A stretch of DNA of 64,000 bases from the NCBI GenBank assembly GCA_964016885.1, contig OZ024742.1:372496001-372560000 (forward strand), written 5' to 3'. Each line of letters begins with the position of its first letter. The stretch's first letter is position 1. The translations under genes were made by a program, and so were the position numbers. The DNA comes from Eledone cirrhosa (taxonomy: Eukaryota). The notes beneath the pieces are model-generated. The model was not told the origin of the DNA and made no database searches. It saw only the letters and a program-made list of their open reading frames with translations. Positions 1 to 15,035 of the stretch are shown one piece after another.

Positions 1-104
1 AAATCTCTTTCTATATAAACTGTAAATCTCATTCTATATAAACTGTAAATCTCTTTCTATATAAACTGTAAATCTCATTCTATATAAACTGTAAATCTCA
101 TTCT

Positions 105-3100
105 ATATAAACTGTAAATCTCATTCTATAAACTGTAAATCTCTTTCTATATAAACTGTAAATCTCATTCTATATAAGCTGTAAATCTCATTCTATTAAC
201 TGTAAATCTCATTCTATATAAACTGTAAATCTCATTCTATATAAACTGTATATATCATTCTATAAACTGTAAATCTCTTTCTATATAAACTGTAAATCTC
301 ATTCTATAAACTGTAAATCTCGTTCTATATAAACTGTAAATCTCTTTCCATATGAACTGTAAATCTCTTTCTATATAAACTCTGAATCTCATTCTATATA
401 AGCTGTAAATCTCATTCTATGAACTGTAAATCTCTTTCTATATAAACTGTAAATCTCATTCTATATAAACTGTGAATCTCTTTCTATATAAACTGTAAAT
501 TTTATTCTATAAACTGTAAATCTCTTTCTATATAAACTGTAAATATCATTCTATATAAACTGTAAATCTCTTTCTATATAAACTGTAAATCTGATTCTAT
601 ATAAACTGTGAATCTCATTCTATAAACTGTAAATCTCTTTCTATATAAACTGTAAATATCATTCTATATACACTGTAAATCTCTTTCTATATAAACTGTA
701 AATCTCATTCTATATAAACTGTAAATCTCATTCTATAAACTGTAAATCTCTTTCTATATAAACTGTAAATCTCGTTCTATATAAGCTGTAAATCTCATTC
801 TATAAACTGTAAATCTCTTTCTATATAAACTGTAAATCTCATTCTATATTAACTGTATATATCATTCTATAAACTGTAAATCTCATTCTATAAACTGTAA
901 ATCTCTTTCTATATAAACTGTAAATCTCATTCTATATAAACTGTAAATCTCTTTCTATATGAAATGTAAATCTCATTATATATAAATTGTAAATCTCATT
1001 CTATAAACTGTGAATCTCATTCTATATAAACTGTAAATCTCATTCTATATACACTGTAAATCTCTTTCTATATAAACTGTAAATCTCATTCTATATAAAC
1101 TGTTAATCTCATTCTATAAACTGTAAATCTCTTTCTATATAAACTGTAAATCTCATTCTATATAAGCTGTAAATCTCATTCTATGAACTGTAAATCTCTT
1201 TCTATATAAACTGTAAATCTCATTCTATATAAACTGTATATATCATTCTATAAACTGTAACTCTCATTCTATAAACTGTAAATCTCGTTCTATATAAACT
1301 GTAAATCTCTTTCCATATGAACTGTAAATCTCTTTCTATATAAACTCTGAATCTCATTCTATATAAGCTGTAAATCTCATTCTATGATCTGTAAATCTCT
1401 TTCTATATAAACTGTAAATCTCATTCTATATAAACTGTGAATCTCTTTCTATATAAACTGTAAATTTCATTCTATAAACTGTAAATCTCTTTCTATATAA
1501 ACTGTAAATCTCATTCTATATAAACTGTAAATCTCTTTCTATATAAACTGTAAATATCATTCTATATAAACTGTGAATCTCATTCTATAAACTGTAAATC
1601 TCTTTCTATATAAACTGTAAATATCATTCTATATACACTGTAAATCTCTTTCTATATAAACTGTAAATCTCATTCTATATAAACTGTAAATCTCATTCTA
1701 TAAACTGTAAATCTCTTTCTATATAAACTGTAAATCTCGTTCTATATAAGCTGTAAATCTCATTCTATAAACTGTAAATCTCTTTCTATATAAACTGTAA
1801 ATCTCATTCTATATAAACTGTATATATCATTCTATAAACTGTAAATCTCATTCTATAAACTGTAAATCTCTTTCTATATAAACTGTAAATCTCATTCTAT
1901 ATAAACTGTAAATCTCTTTCTATATGAACTGTAAATCTCATTATATATAAACTGTAAATCTCATTCTATAAACTGTGAATCTCATTCTATATAAACTGTA
2001 AATCTCATTCTATATACACTGTAAATCTCTTTCTATATAAACTGTAAATCTCATTCTATATAAACTGTAAATCTCATTCTATAAACTGTAAATCTCTTTC
2101 CATATAAACTGTAAATCTCATTCTATATAAGCTGTAAATCTCATTCTATAAACTGTACATATCTTTCTATATAAACTGTAAATCTCATTCTATATAAACT
2201 GTATATATCATTCTATAAACTGTAAATCTCATTCTATAAACTGTAAATCTCTTTCTATATAAACTGTAAATCTCATTCTATATAAACTGTAAATCTTATT
2301 CTATATTAACTGTAAATCTGATTCTATAAACTGTAAATCTCTTTCTATATAAACTGTAAATCTCATTCTATATAAACTGTAAATCTCTTTCTATATAAAC
2401 TGTAAATCTCATTCTATATAAACTGTAAATCTCATTCTATAAACTGTAAATCTCTTTCTATATAAACTCTTAATCTCATTCTATATAAACTGTAAATCTC
2501 ATTCTATAAACTATAAATCTCATTCTATATAAACTGTAAATCTCTTTCTATATAACCTGTAAATCTCTTTCTATATAACCTGTAAATCTCTTTCTATATA
2601 AACTGTAAATCTCATGCTATAGACTGTAAATCTCATTCTATATGAACTGTAAATCTCTTTCTATATAAACTGTAAATCTCATTCTATATAAACTGTAAAT
2701 CTCATTCTATATAATCTGTAAATCTCATTCGATAAACTGTAAATCTTTTTCTATATAAACTGTAAATCTCATTCTATATAAAATGTAAATCTCATTCTAT
2801 AAACTGTAAATCTCTTTCTAAATAAACTGTAAATCTCATTCTATATAAACTGTAAATCTCTTTCTATATAAACTGTAAATTTCATTCTATAAACTCTAAA
2901 TCTCTTTCTATATAAACTCTGAATCTCATTCTATATAAGCTGTAAATCTCATTCTATGAACTGTAAATCTCTTTCTATATAAACTGTAAATCTCATTCTA
3001 TATAAACTGTGAATCTCTTTCTATATAAACTGTAAATTTCATTCTATAAACTGTAAATCTCTTTCTATATAAACTGTAAATCTCATTCTATATAAACTGT

Positions 3101-6100
3101 AAATCTCTTTCTATATAAACTGTAAATCTCATTCTATATAAACTGTGAATCTCATTCTATAAACTGTAAATCTCTTTCTATATAAACTGTAAATATCATT
3201 CTATATACACTGTAAATCTCTTTCTATATAAACTGTAAATCTCATTCTATATAAACTGTAAATCTCATTCTATAAACTGTAAATCTCTTTCTATATAAAC
3301 TGTAAATCTCGTTCTATATAAGCTGTAAATCTCATTCTATAAACTGTAAATCTCTTTCTATATCAACTGTAAATCTCATTCTATATTAACTGTATATATC
3401 ATTCTATAAACTGTAAATCTCATTCTATAAACTGTAAATCTCTTTCTATATAAACTGTAAATCTCATTCTATATAAACTGTAAATCTCTTTCTATATGAA
3501 ATGTAAATCTCATTATATATAAATTGTAAATCTCATTCTATAAACTGTGAATCTCATTCTATATAAACTGTAAATCTCATTCTATATACACTGTAAATCT
3601 CTTTCTATATAAACTGTAAATCTCATTCTATATAAACTGTTAATCTCATTCTATAAACTGTAAATCTCTTTCTATATAAACTGTAAATCTCATTCTATAT
3701 AAGCTGTAAATCTCATTCTATGAACTGTAAATCTCTTTCTATATAAACTGTAAATCTCATTCTATATAAACTGTATATATCATTCTATAAACTGTAACTC
3801 TCATTCTATAAACTGTAAATCTCGTTCTATATAAACTGTAAATCTCTTTCCATATGAACTGTAAATCTCTTTCTATATAAACTCTGAATCTCATTCTATA
3901 TAAGCTGTAAATCTCATTCTATGATCTGTAAATCTCTTTCTATATAAACTGTAAATCTCATTCTATAAACTGTAAATCTCTTTCTATATAAACTGTAAAT
4001 CTCATTCTATATAAGCTGTAAATCTCATTCTATTAACTGTAAATCTCATTCTATATAAACTGTAAATCTCATTCTATATAAACTGTATATATCATTCTAT
4101 AAACTGTAAATCTCTTTCTATATAAACTGTAAATCTCATTCTATAAACTGTAAATCTCGTTCTATATAAACTGTAAATCTCTTTCCATATGAACTGTAAA
4201 TCTCTTTCTATATAAACTCTGAATCTCATTCTATATAAGCTGTAAATCTCATTCTATGAACTGTAAATCTCTTTCTATATAAACTGTAAATCTCATTCTA
4301 TATAAACTGTGAATCTCTTTCTATATAAACTGTAAATTTCATTCTATAAACTGTAAATCTCTTTCTATATAAACTGTAAATCTCATTCTATATAAACTGT
4401 AAATCTCTTTCTATATAAACTGTAAATCTCATTCTATATAAACTGTGAATCTCATTCTATAAACTGTAAATCTCTTTCTATATAAACTGTAAATATCATT
4501 CTATATACACTGTAAATCTCTTTCTATATAAACTGTAAATCTCATTCTATATAAACTGTAAATCTCATTCTATAAACTGTAAATCTCTTTCTATATAAAC
4601 TGTAAATCTCGTTCTATATAAGCTGTAAATCTCATTCTATAAACTGTAAATCTCTTTCTATATAAACTGTAAATCTCATTCTATATTAACTGTATATATC
4701 ATTCTATAAACTGTAAATCTCATTCTATAAACTGTAAATCTCTTTCTATATAAACTGTAAATCTCATTCTATATAAACTGTAAATCTCTTTCTATATGAA
4801 ATGTAAATCTCATTATATATAAATTGTAAATCTCATTCTATAAACTGTGAATCTCATTCTATATAAACTGTAAATCTCATTCTATATACACTGTAAATCT
4901 CTTTCTATATAAACTGTAAATCTCATTCTATATAAACTGTTAATCTCATTCTATAAACTGTAAATCTCTTTCTATATAAACTGTAAATCTCATTCTATAT
5001 AAGCTGTAAATCTCATTCTATGAACTGTAAATCTCTTTCTATATAAACTGTAAATCTCATTCTATATAAACTGTATATATCATTCTATAAACTGTAACTC
5101 TCATTCTATAAACTGTAAATCTCGTTCTATATAAACTGTAAATCTCTTTCCATATGAACTGTAAATCTCTTTCTATATAAACTCTGAATCTCATTCTATA
5201 TAAGCTGTAAATCTCATTCTATGATCTGTAAATCTCTTTCTATATAAACTGTAAATCTCATTCTATATAAACTGTGAATCTCTTTCTATATAAACTGTAA
5301 ATTTCATTCTATAAACTGTAAATCTCTTTCTATATAAACTGTAAATCTCATTCTATATAAACTGTAAATCTCTTTCTATATAAACTGTAAATATCATTCT
5401 ATATAAACTGTGAATCTCATTCTATAAACTGTAAATCTCTTTCTATATAAACTGTAAATATCATTCTATATACACTGTAAATCTCTTTCTATATAAACTG
5501 TAAATCTCATTCTATATAAACTGTAAATCTCATTCTATAAACTGTAAATCTCTTTCTATATAAACTGTAAATCTCGTTCTATATAAGCTGTAAATCTCAT
5601 TCTATAAACTGTAAATCTCTTTCTATATAAACTGTAAATCTCATTCTATATAAACTGTATATATCATTCTATAAACTGTAAATCTCATTCTATAAACTGT
5701 AAATCTCTTTCTATATAAACTGTAAATCTCATTCTATATAAACTGTAAATCTCTTTCTATATGAACTGTAAATCTCATTATATATAAACTGTAAATCTCA
5801 TTCTATAAACTGTGAATCTCATTCTATATAAACTGTAAATCTCATTCTATATACACTGTAAATCTCTTTCTATATAAACTGTAAATCTCATTCTATATAA
5901 ACTGTAAATCTCATTCTATAAACTGTAAATCTCTTTCCATATAAACTGTAAATCTCATTCTATATAAGCTGTAAATCTCATTCTATAAACTGTACATATC
6001 TTTCTATATAAACTGTAAATCTCATTCTATATAAACTGTATATATCATTCTATAAACTGTAAATCTCATTCTATAAACTGTAAATCTCTTTCTATATAAA

Positions 6101-7803
6101 CTGTAAATCTCATTCTATATAAACTGTAAATCTTATTCTATATTAACTGTAAATCTGATTCTATAAACTGTAAATCTCTTTCTATATAAACTGTAAATCT
6201 CATTCTATATAAACTGTAAATCTCTTTCTATATAAACTGTAAATCTCATTCTATATAAACTGTAAATCTCATTCTATAAACTGTAAATCTCTTTCTATAT
6301 AAACTCTTAATCTCATTCTATATAAACTGTAAATCTCATTCTATAAACTATAAATCTCATTCTATATAAACTGTAAATCTCTTTCTATATAACCTGTAAA
6401 TCTCTTTCTATATAACCTGTAAATCTCTTTCTATATAAACTGTAAATCTCATGCTATAGACTGTAAATCTCATTCTATATGAACTGTAAATCTCTTTCTA
6501 TATAAACTGTAAATCTCATTCTATATAAACTGTAAATCTCATTCTATATAATCTGTAAATCTCATTCGATAAACTGTAAATCTTTTTCTATATAAACTGT
6601 AAATCTCATTCTATATAAAATGTAAATCTCATTCTATAAACTGTAAATCTCTTTCTAAATAAACTGTAAATCTCATTCTATATAAACTGTAAATCTCTTT
6701 CTATATAAACTGTAAATTTCATTCTATAAACTCTAAATCTCTTTCTATATAAACTCTGAATCTCATTCTATATAAGCTGTAAATCTCATTCTATGAACTG
6801 TAAATCTCTTTCTATATAAACTGTAAATCTCATTCTATATAAACTGTGAATCTCTTTCTATATAAACTGTAAATTTCATTCTATAAACTGTAAATCTCTT
6901 TCTATATAAACTGTAAATCTCATTCTATATAAACTGTAAATCTCTTTCTATATAAACTGTAAATCTCATTCTATATAAACTGTGAATCTCATTCTATAAA
7001 CTGTAAATCTCTTTCTATATAAACTGTAAATATCATTCTATATACACTGTAAATCTCTTTCTATATAAACTGTAAATCTCATTCTATATAAACTGTAAAT
7101 CTCATTCTATAAACTGTAAATCTCTTTCTATATAAACTGTAAATCTCGTTCTATATAAGCTGTAAATCTCATTCTATAAACTGTAAATCTCTTTCTATAT
7201 AAACTGTAAATCTCATTCTATATTAACTGTATATATCATTCTATAAACTGTAAATCTCATTCTATAAACTGTAAATCTCTTTCTATATAAACTGTAAATC
7301 TCATTCTATATAAACTGTAAATCTCTTTCTATATGAAATGTAAATCTCATTATATATAAATTGTAAATCTCATTCTATAAACTGTGAATCTCATTCTATA
7401 TAAACTGTAAATCTCATTCTATATACACTGTAAATCTCTTTCTATATAAACTGTAAATCTCATTCTATATAAACTGTTAATCTCATTCTATAAACTGTAA
7501 ATCTCTTTCTATATAAACTGTAAATCTCATTCTATATAAGCTGTAAATCTCATTCTATGAACTGTAAATCTCTTTCTATATAAACTGTAAATCTCATTCT
7601 ATATAAACTGTATATATCATTCTATAAACTGTAACTCTCATTCTATAAACTGTAAATCTCGTTCTATATAAACTGTAAATCTCTTTCCATATGAACTGTA
7701 AATCTCTTTCTATATAAACTCTGAATCTCATTCTATATAAGCTGTAAATCTCATTCTATGATCTGTAAATCTCTTTCTATATAAACTGTAAATCTCATTC
7801 TAT
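105..7803. repeat. Tandem segmental duplication, period 3837 bp (~105-3966 vs ~3942-7803)
   Basis: Marker variants at a constant +3837 offset: TATTAAC 194/4031, GAAATG 961/4798, TGTACAT 2154/5991, ATGCTA 2614/6451, ATGATCT 3921/7758. Confidence 0.9.
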
Positions 7804-9292
7804 ATAAACTGTGAATCTCTTTCTATATAAACTGTAAATTTCATTCTATAAACTGTAAATCTCTTTCTATATAAACTGTAAATCTCATTCTATATAAACT
7901 GTAAATCTCTTTCTATATAAACTGTAAATATCATTCTATATAAACTGTGAATCTCATTCTATAAACTGTAAATCTCTTTCTATATAAACTGTAAATATCA
8001 TTCTATATACACTGTAAATCTCTTTCTATATAAACTGTAAATCTCATTCTATATAAACTGTAAATCTCATTCTATAAACTGTAAATCTCTTTCTATATAA
8101 ACTGTAAATCTCGTTCTATATAAGCTGTAAATCTCATTCTATAAACTGTAAATCTCTTTCTATATAAACTGTAAATCTCATTCTATATAAACTGTATATA
8201 TCATTCTATAAACTGTAAATCTCATTCTATAAACTGTAAATCTCTTTCTATATAAACTGTAAATCTCATTCTATATAAACTGTAAATCTCTTTCTATATG
8301 AACTGTAAATCTCATTATATATAAACTGTAAATCTCATTCTATAAACTGTGAATCTCATTCTATATAAACTGTAAATCTCATTCTATATACACTGTAAAT
8401 CTCTTTCTATATAAACTGTAAATCTCATTCTATATAAACTGTAAATCTCATTCTATAAACTGTAAATCTCTTTCCATATAAACTGTAAATCTCATTCTAT
8501 ATAAGCTGTAAATCTCATTCTATAAACTGTACATATCTTTCTATATAAACTGTAAATCTCATTCTATATAAACTGTATATATCATTCTATAAACTGTAAA
8601 TCTCATTCTATAAACTGTAAATCTCTTTCTATATAAACTGTAAATCTCATTCTATATAAACTGTAAATCTTATTCTATATTAACTGTAAATCTGATTCTA
8701 TAAACTGTAAATCTCTTTCTATATAAACTGTAAATCTCATTCTATATAAACTGTAAATCTCTTTCTATATAAACTGTAAATCTCATTCTATATAAACTGT
8801 AAATCTCATTCTATAAACTGTAAATCTCTTTCTATATAAACTCTTAATCTCATTCTATATAAACTGTAAATCTCATTCTATAAACTATAAATCTCATTCT
8901 ATATAAACTGTAAATCTCTTTCTATATAACCTGTAAATCTCTTTCTATATAACCTGTAAATCTCTTTCTATATAAACTGTAAATCTCATGCTATAGACTG
9001 TAAATCTCATTCTATATGAACTGTAAATCTCTTTCTATATAAACTGTAAATCTCATTCTATATAAACTGTAAATCTCATTCTATATAATCTGTAAATCTC
9101 ATTCGATAAACTGTAAATCTTTTTCTATATAAACTGTAAATCTCATTCTATATAAAATGTAAATCTCATTCTATAAACTGTAAATCTCTTTCTAAATAAA
9201 CTGTAAATCTCATTCTATATAAACTGTAAATCTCTTTCTATATAAACTGTAAATTTCATTCTATAAACTCTAAATCTCTTTCTATATAAACT
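4197..9292. repeat. Tandem segmental duplication, period 2537 bp (also seen as ~360-2897 followed by a partial copy to ~3966)
   Basis: Offset +2537: GAAATG 4798/7335 and 961/3498, TGTACAT 5991/8528, ATGCTA 6451/8988, CTCTAAA 6731/9268, TCTGAA 381/2918. Confidence 0.9.
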
Positions 9293-10737
9293 GTAAATCT
9301 CATTCTATATAAACTGTAAATCTCTTTCTATATAAACTGTAAATCTCATTCTATATAAACTGTAAATCTCATTCTATATAGACTGTAAATCTCATTCTAT
9401 AAACTGTAAATCTCTTTCTATATAAACTGTAAATCTCATTCTATATAAGCTGTAAATCTCATTCTATTAACTGTAAATCTCATTCTATATAAACTGTAAA
9501 TCTCATTCTATATAAACTGTATATATCATTCTATAAACTGTAAATCTCATTCTATAAACTGTAAATCTCTTTCTATATAAACTGTAAATCTCATTCTATA
9601 TAAACTGTAAATCTGATTCTATATTAACTGTAAATCTGATTCTATAAACTGTAAATCTCTTTCTATATAAACTCTTAATCTCATTCTATATAAACTGTAA
9701 ATCTCATTCTATATAAACTGTATATATCATTCTATAAACTGTAAATCTCATTCTATAAACTGTAAATCTCTTTCTATATAAACTGTAAATCTCATTCTAT
9801 ATAAACTGTAAATCTCATTCTATATTAACTGTAAATCTGATTCTATAAACTGTAAATCTCTTTCTATATAAACTCTTAATCTCATTCTATATGAACTGTA
9901 AATCTCTTTCTATATAAACTGTGAATCTCATTCTATATAAGCTGTAAATCTCATTCTATGAACTGTAAATCTCTTTCTATATAAACTGTAAGTCTCATTC
10001 TATATAAACTGTGAATCTCATTCTATAAACTGTAAATCCCTCTCTATATAAACTGTAAATATCATTCTATATACACTGTAAATCTCTTTCTATATAAACT
10101 CTGAATCTCATTCTATATAAGCTGTAAATCTCATTCTATAAACTGTAAATCTCATTCTATGAACTGTATATCTCTTTCAATATAATCTGTAAATCTCATT
10201 CTATATAAACTGTAAATCTCATTCTATAAACTGTAAATCTCATTCTATATAAACTGTAAATCTCATTCTATAAACTGTAAATCTCTTTCTATATAAACTG
10301 TAAATCTCATTCTATATAAACTGTAAATCTCTTTCTATATAAACTGTAAATTTCATTCTATAAACTGTAAATCTCTTTCTATATAAACTGTAAATCTCAT
10401 TCTATAAAAACCGTAAATCCCTTTCTATATAAACTGTAAATGTCATTCTATATAAGCTGTAAATCTCATTCTATGAACTGTAAATCTCTTTCTATATAAA
10501 CTGTAAATCTCATTCTATATAAACTGTAAATCTCATTCTATATAAACTGTAAATCTCTTTCTATATAAACTGTAAATTTCATTCTATAAACTGTAAATCT
10601 CTTTCTATATAAACTGTAAATCTCATTCTTATAAACTGTAAATCTCTTTCTATATAAACTGTAAATCTCATTCTATATAAACTGTGAATCTCATTCTATA
10701 AACTGTAAATCTCTTTCTATATAAACTGTAAATATCA

Positions 10738-12857
10738 TTCTATATACACTGTAAATCTCTTTCTATATAAACTGTAAATCTCATTCTATATAAACTGTAA
10801 ATCTATTCTATAAACTGTAAATCTCTTTCTATATAAACTGTAAATCTCGTTCTATATAAGCTGTAAATCTCATTCTATAAACTGTAAATCTCTTTCTACA
10901 TAAACTGTAAATCTCATTCTATATAAACTGTAAATCTGTTTCTATATGAACTGTAAATCTCATTCTATATAAATTGTAAATCTCATTCTATAAACTGTGA
11001 ATCTCATTCTATATAAACTGTAAATCTCATTCTATATAAACTGTAAATCTCATTCTATATTAACTGTAAATCTCATTCTATAAACTGTAAATCTCTTTCT
11101 ATATAAGCTGTAAATCTCATTCTATGTAAACTGTAAATCTCATTCTATAAACTGTAAATCTCATTCTATGAACTGTATATCTCTTTCTATATAAACTGTA
11201 AATCTCTTTCTGTATAAACTGTAAATCTCATTCTATATAAACTGTAAATCTCTTTCTGTATAAACTGTAAATCTCATTCTATATAAACTGTAAATCTCTT
11301 TCTATATGAACTGTAAATCCCTTTCTATATAAACTCTGAATCTCATTCTATATAAGCTGTAAATCTCATTCTATGAACTGTTAATCTCTTTCTATATAAA
11401 CTGTAAATCTCATTCTATATAAACTGTAAATCTCATTCTATAAACTGTAAATCTCTTTCTATATAAACTGTAAATATCATTCTATATAAACTGTAAATCT
11501 CTTTCTATATAAACTGTAAATTTCATTCTATAAACTGTAAATCTCTTTCTATATAAACTGTAAATCTCATTCTATAAACTGTAGATCTCGTTCTATATAA
11601 ACTGTAAATCTCTTTCCATATGAACTGTAAATCTCTTTCTATATAAACTCTGAATCTCATTCTATATAAGCTGTAAATCTCATTCTATGAACTGTAAATC
11701 TCTTTCTATATAAACTGTAAATCTCATTCTATATAAACTGTGAATCTCTTTCTATATAAACTGTAAATTTCATTCTATAAACTGTAAATCTCTTTCTATA
11801 TACACTGTAAATCTCTTTCTATATAAACTGTAAATCTCATTCTATATAAACTGTAAATCTATTCTATAAACTGTAAATCTCTTTCTATATAAACTGTAAA
11901 TCTCGTTCTATATAAGCTGTAAATCTCATTCTATAAACTGTAAATCTCTTTCTACATAAACTGTAAATCTCATTCTATATAAACTGTAAATCTGTTTCTA
12001 TATGAACTGTAAATCTCATTCTATATAAATTGTAAATCTCATTCTATAAACTGTGAATCTCATTCTATATAAACTGTAAATCTCATTCTATATAAACTGT
12101 AAATCTCATTCTATATTAACTGTAAATCTCATTCTATAAACTGTAAATCTCTTTCTATATAAGCTGTAAATCTCATTCTATGTAAACTGTAAATCTCATT
12201 CTATAAACTGTAAATCTCATTCTATGAACTGTATATCTCTTTCTATATAAACTGTAAATCTCTTTCTGTATAAACTGTAAATCTCATTCTATATAAACTG
12301 TAAATCTCTTTCTGTATAAACTGTAAATCTCATTCTATATAAACTGTAAATCTCTTTCTATATGAACTGTAAATCCCTTTCTATATAAACTCTGAATCTC
12401 ATTCTATATAAGCTGTAAATCTCATTCTATGAACTGTTAATCTCTTTCTATATAAACTGTAAATCTCATTCTATATAAACTGTAAATCTCATTCTATAAA
12501 CTGTAAATCTCTTTCTATATAAACTGTAAATATCATTCTATATAAACTGTAAATCTCTTTCTATATAAACTGTAAATTTCATTCTATAAACTGTAAATCT
12601 CTTTCTATATAAACTGTAAATCTCATTCTATAAACTGTAGATCTCGTTCTATATAAACTGTAAATCTCTTTCCATATGAACTGTAAATCTCTTTCTATAT
12701 AAACTCTGAATCTCATTCTATATAAGCTGTAAATCTCATTCTATGAACTGTAAATCTCTTTCTATATAAACTGTAAATCTCATTCTATATAAACTGTGAA
12801 TCTCTTTCTATATAAACTGTAAATTTCATTCTATAAACTGTAAATCTCTTTCTATAT
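10738..12857. repeat. Tandem segmental duplication, period 1056 bp
   Basis: Offset +1056: 20-bp deletion monomer ATCTATTC 10801/11857; GTAGATCTCG 11581/12637 (again 13470/14526). Confidence 0.9.
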
Positions 12858-15035
12858 AAACTGTAAATCTCATTCTATATAAACTGTAAATCTCTTTCTA
12901 TATAAACTGTAAATCTCAATCTATATAAACTGTGAATCTCATTCTATAAACTGTAAATCTCATTCTATATAAACTGTAAATCTCTTTCTATATGAACTGT
13001 AAATCTCATTCTATATAAATTGTAAATCTCATTCTATAAACTGTGAATCTCATTCTATATAAACTGTAAATCTCATTCTATAAACTGTAAATCTCTTTCT
13101 GTATAAACTGTAAATCTCATTCTATATAAACTGTAAATCTCTTTCTGTATAAACTGTAAATCTCATTCTATATAAACTGTAAATCTCTTTCTATATGAAC
13201 TGTAAATCCCTTTCTATATAAACTCTGAATCTCATTCTATATAAGCTGTAAATCTCATTCTATGAACTGTTAATCTCTTTCTATATAAACTGTAAATCTC
13301 ATTCTATATAAACTGTAAATCTCATTCTATAAACTGTAAATCTCTTTCTATATAAACTGTAAATATCATTCTATATAAACTGTAAATCTCTTTCTATATA
13401 AACTGTAAATTTCATTCTATAAACTGTAAATCTCTTTCTATATAAACTGTAAATCTCATTCTATAAACTGTAGATCTCGTTCTATATAAACTGTAAATCT
13501 CTTTCCATATGAACTGTAAATCTCTTTCTATATAAACTCTGAATCTCATTCTATATAAGCTGTAAATCTCATTCTATGAACTGTAAATCTCTTTCTATAT
13601 AAACTGTAAATCTCATTCTATATAAACTGTGAATCTCTTTCTATATAAACTGTAAATTTCATTCTATAAACTGTAAATCTCTTTCTATATACACTGTAAA
13701 TCTCTTTCTATATAAACTGTAAATCTCATTCTATATAAACTGTAAATCTATTCTATAAACTGTAAATCTCTTTCTATATAAACTGTAAATCTCGTTCTAT
13801 ATAAGCTGTAAATCTCATTCTATAAACTGTAAATCTCTTTCTACATAAACTGTAAATCTCATTCTATATAAACTGTAAATCTGTTTCTATATGAACTGTA
13901 AATCTCATTCTATATAAATTGTAAATCTCATTCTATAAACTGTGAATCTCATTCTATATAAACTGTAAATCTCATTCTATATAAACTGTAAATCTCATTC
14001 TATATTAACTGTAAATCTCATTCTATAAACTGTAAATCTCTTTCTATATAAGCTGTAAATCTCATTCTATGTAAACTGTAAATCTCATTCTATAAACTGT
14101 AAATCTCATTCTATGAACTGTATATCTCTTTCTATATAAACTGTAAATCTCTTTCTGTATAAACTGTAAATCTCATTCTATATAAACTGTAAATCTCTTT
14201 CTGTATAAACTGTAAATCTCATTCTATATAAACTGTAAATCTCTTTCTATATGAACTGTAAATCCCTTTCTATATAAACTCTGAATCTCATTCTATATAA
14301 GCTGTAAATCTCATTCTATGAACTGTTAATCTCTTTCTATATAAACTGTAAATCTCATTCTATATAAACTGTAAATCTCATTCTATAAACTGTAAATCTC
14401 TTTCTATATAAACTGTAAATATCATTCTATATAAACTGTAAATCTCTTTCTATATAAACTGTAAATTTCATTCTATAAACTGTAAATCTCTTTCTATATA
14501 AACTGTAAATCTCATTCTATAAACTGTAGATCTCGTTCTATATAAACTGTAAATCTCTTTCCATATGAACTGTAAATCTCTTTCTATATAAACTCTGAAT
14601 CTCATTCTATATAAGCTGTAAATCTCATTCTATGAACTGTAAATCTCTTTCTATATAAACTGTAAATCTCATTCTATATAAACTGTGAATCTCTTTCTAT
14701 ATAAACTGTAAATTTCATTCTATAAACTGTAAATCTCTTTCTATATAAACTGTAAATCTCATTCTATATAAACTGTAAATCTCTTTCTATATAAACTGTA
14801 AATCTCAATCTATATAAACTGTGAATCTCATTCTATAAACTGTAAATCTCATTCTATATAAACTGTAAATCTCTTTCTATATGAACTGTAAATCTCATTC
14901 TATATAAATTGTAAATCTCATTCTATAAACTGTGAATCTCATTCTATATAAACTGTAAATCTCATTCTATAAACTGTAAATCTCTTTCTGTATAAACTGT
15001 AAATCTCATTCTATATAAACTGTAAATCTCTTTCT
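11190..15035. repeat. Tandem segmental duplication, period 1889 bp, overlapping the 1056-bp duplication
   Basis: Offset +1889: TGTATA 11211/13100, GTAGAT 11581/13470 and 12637/14526, ATCTATTC 11857/13746, AATCTCAAT 12912/14801. Confidence 0.9.
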
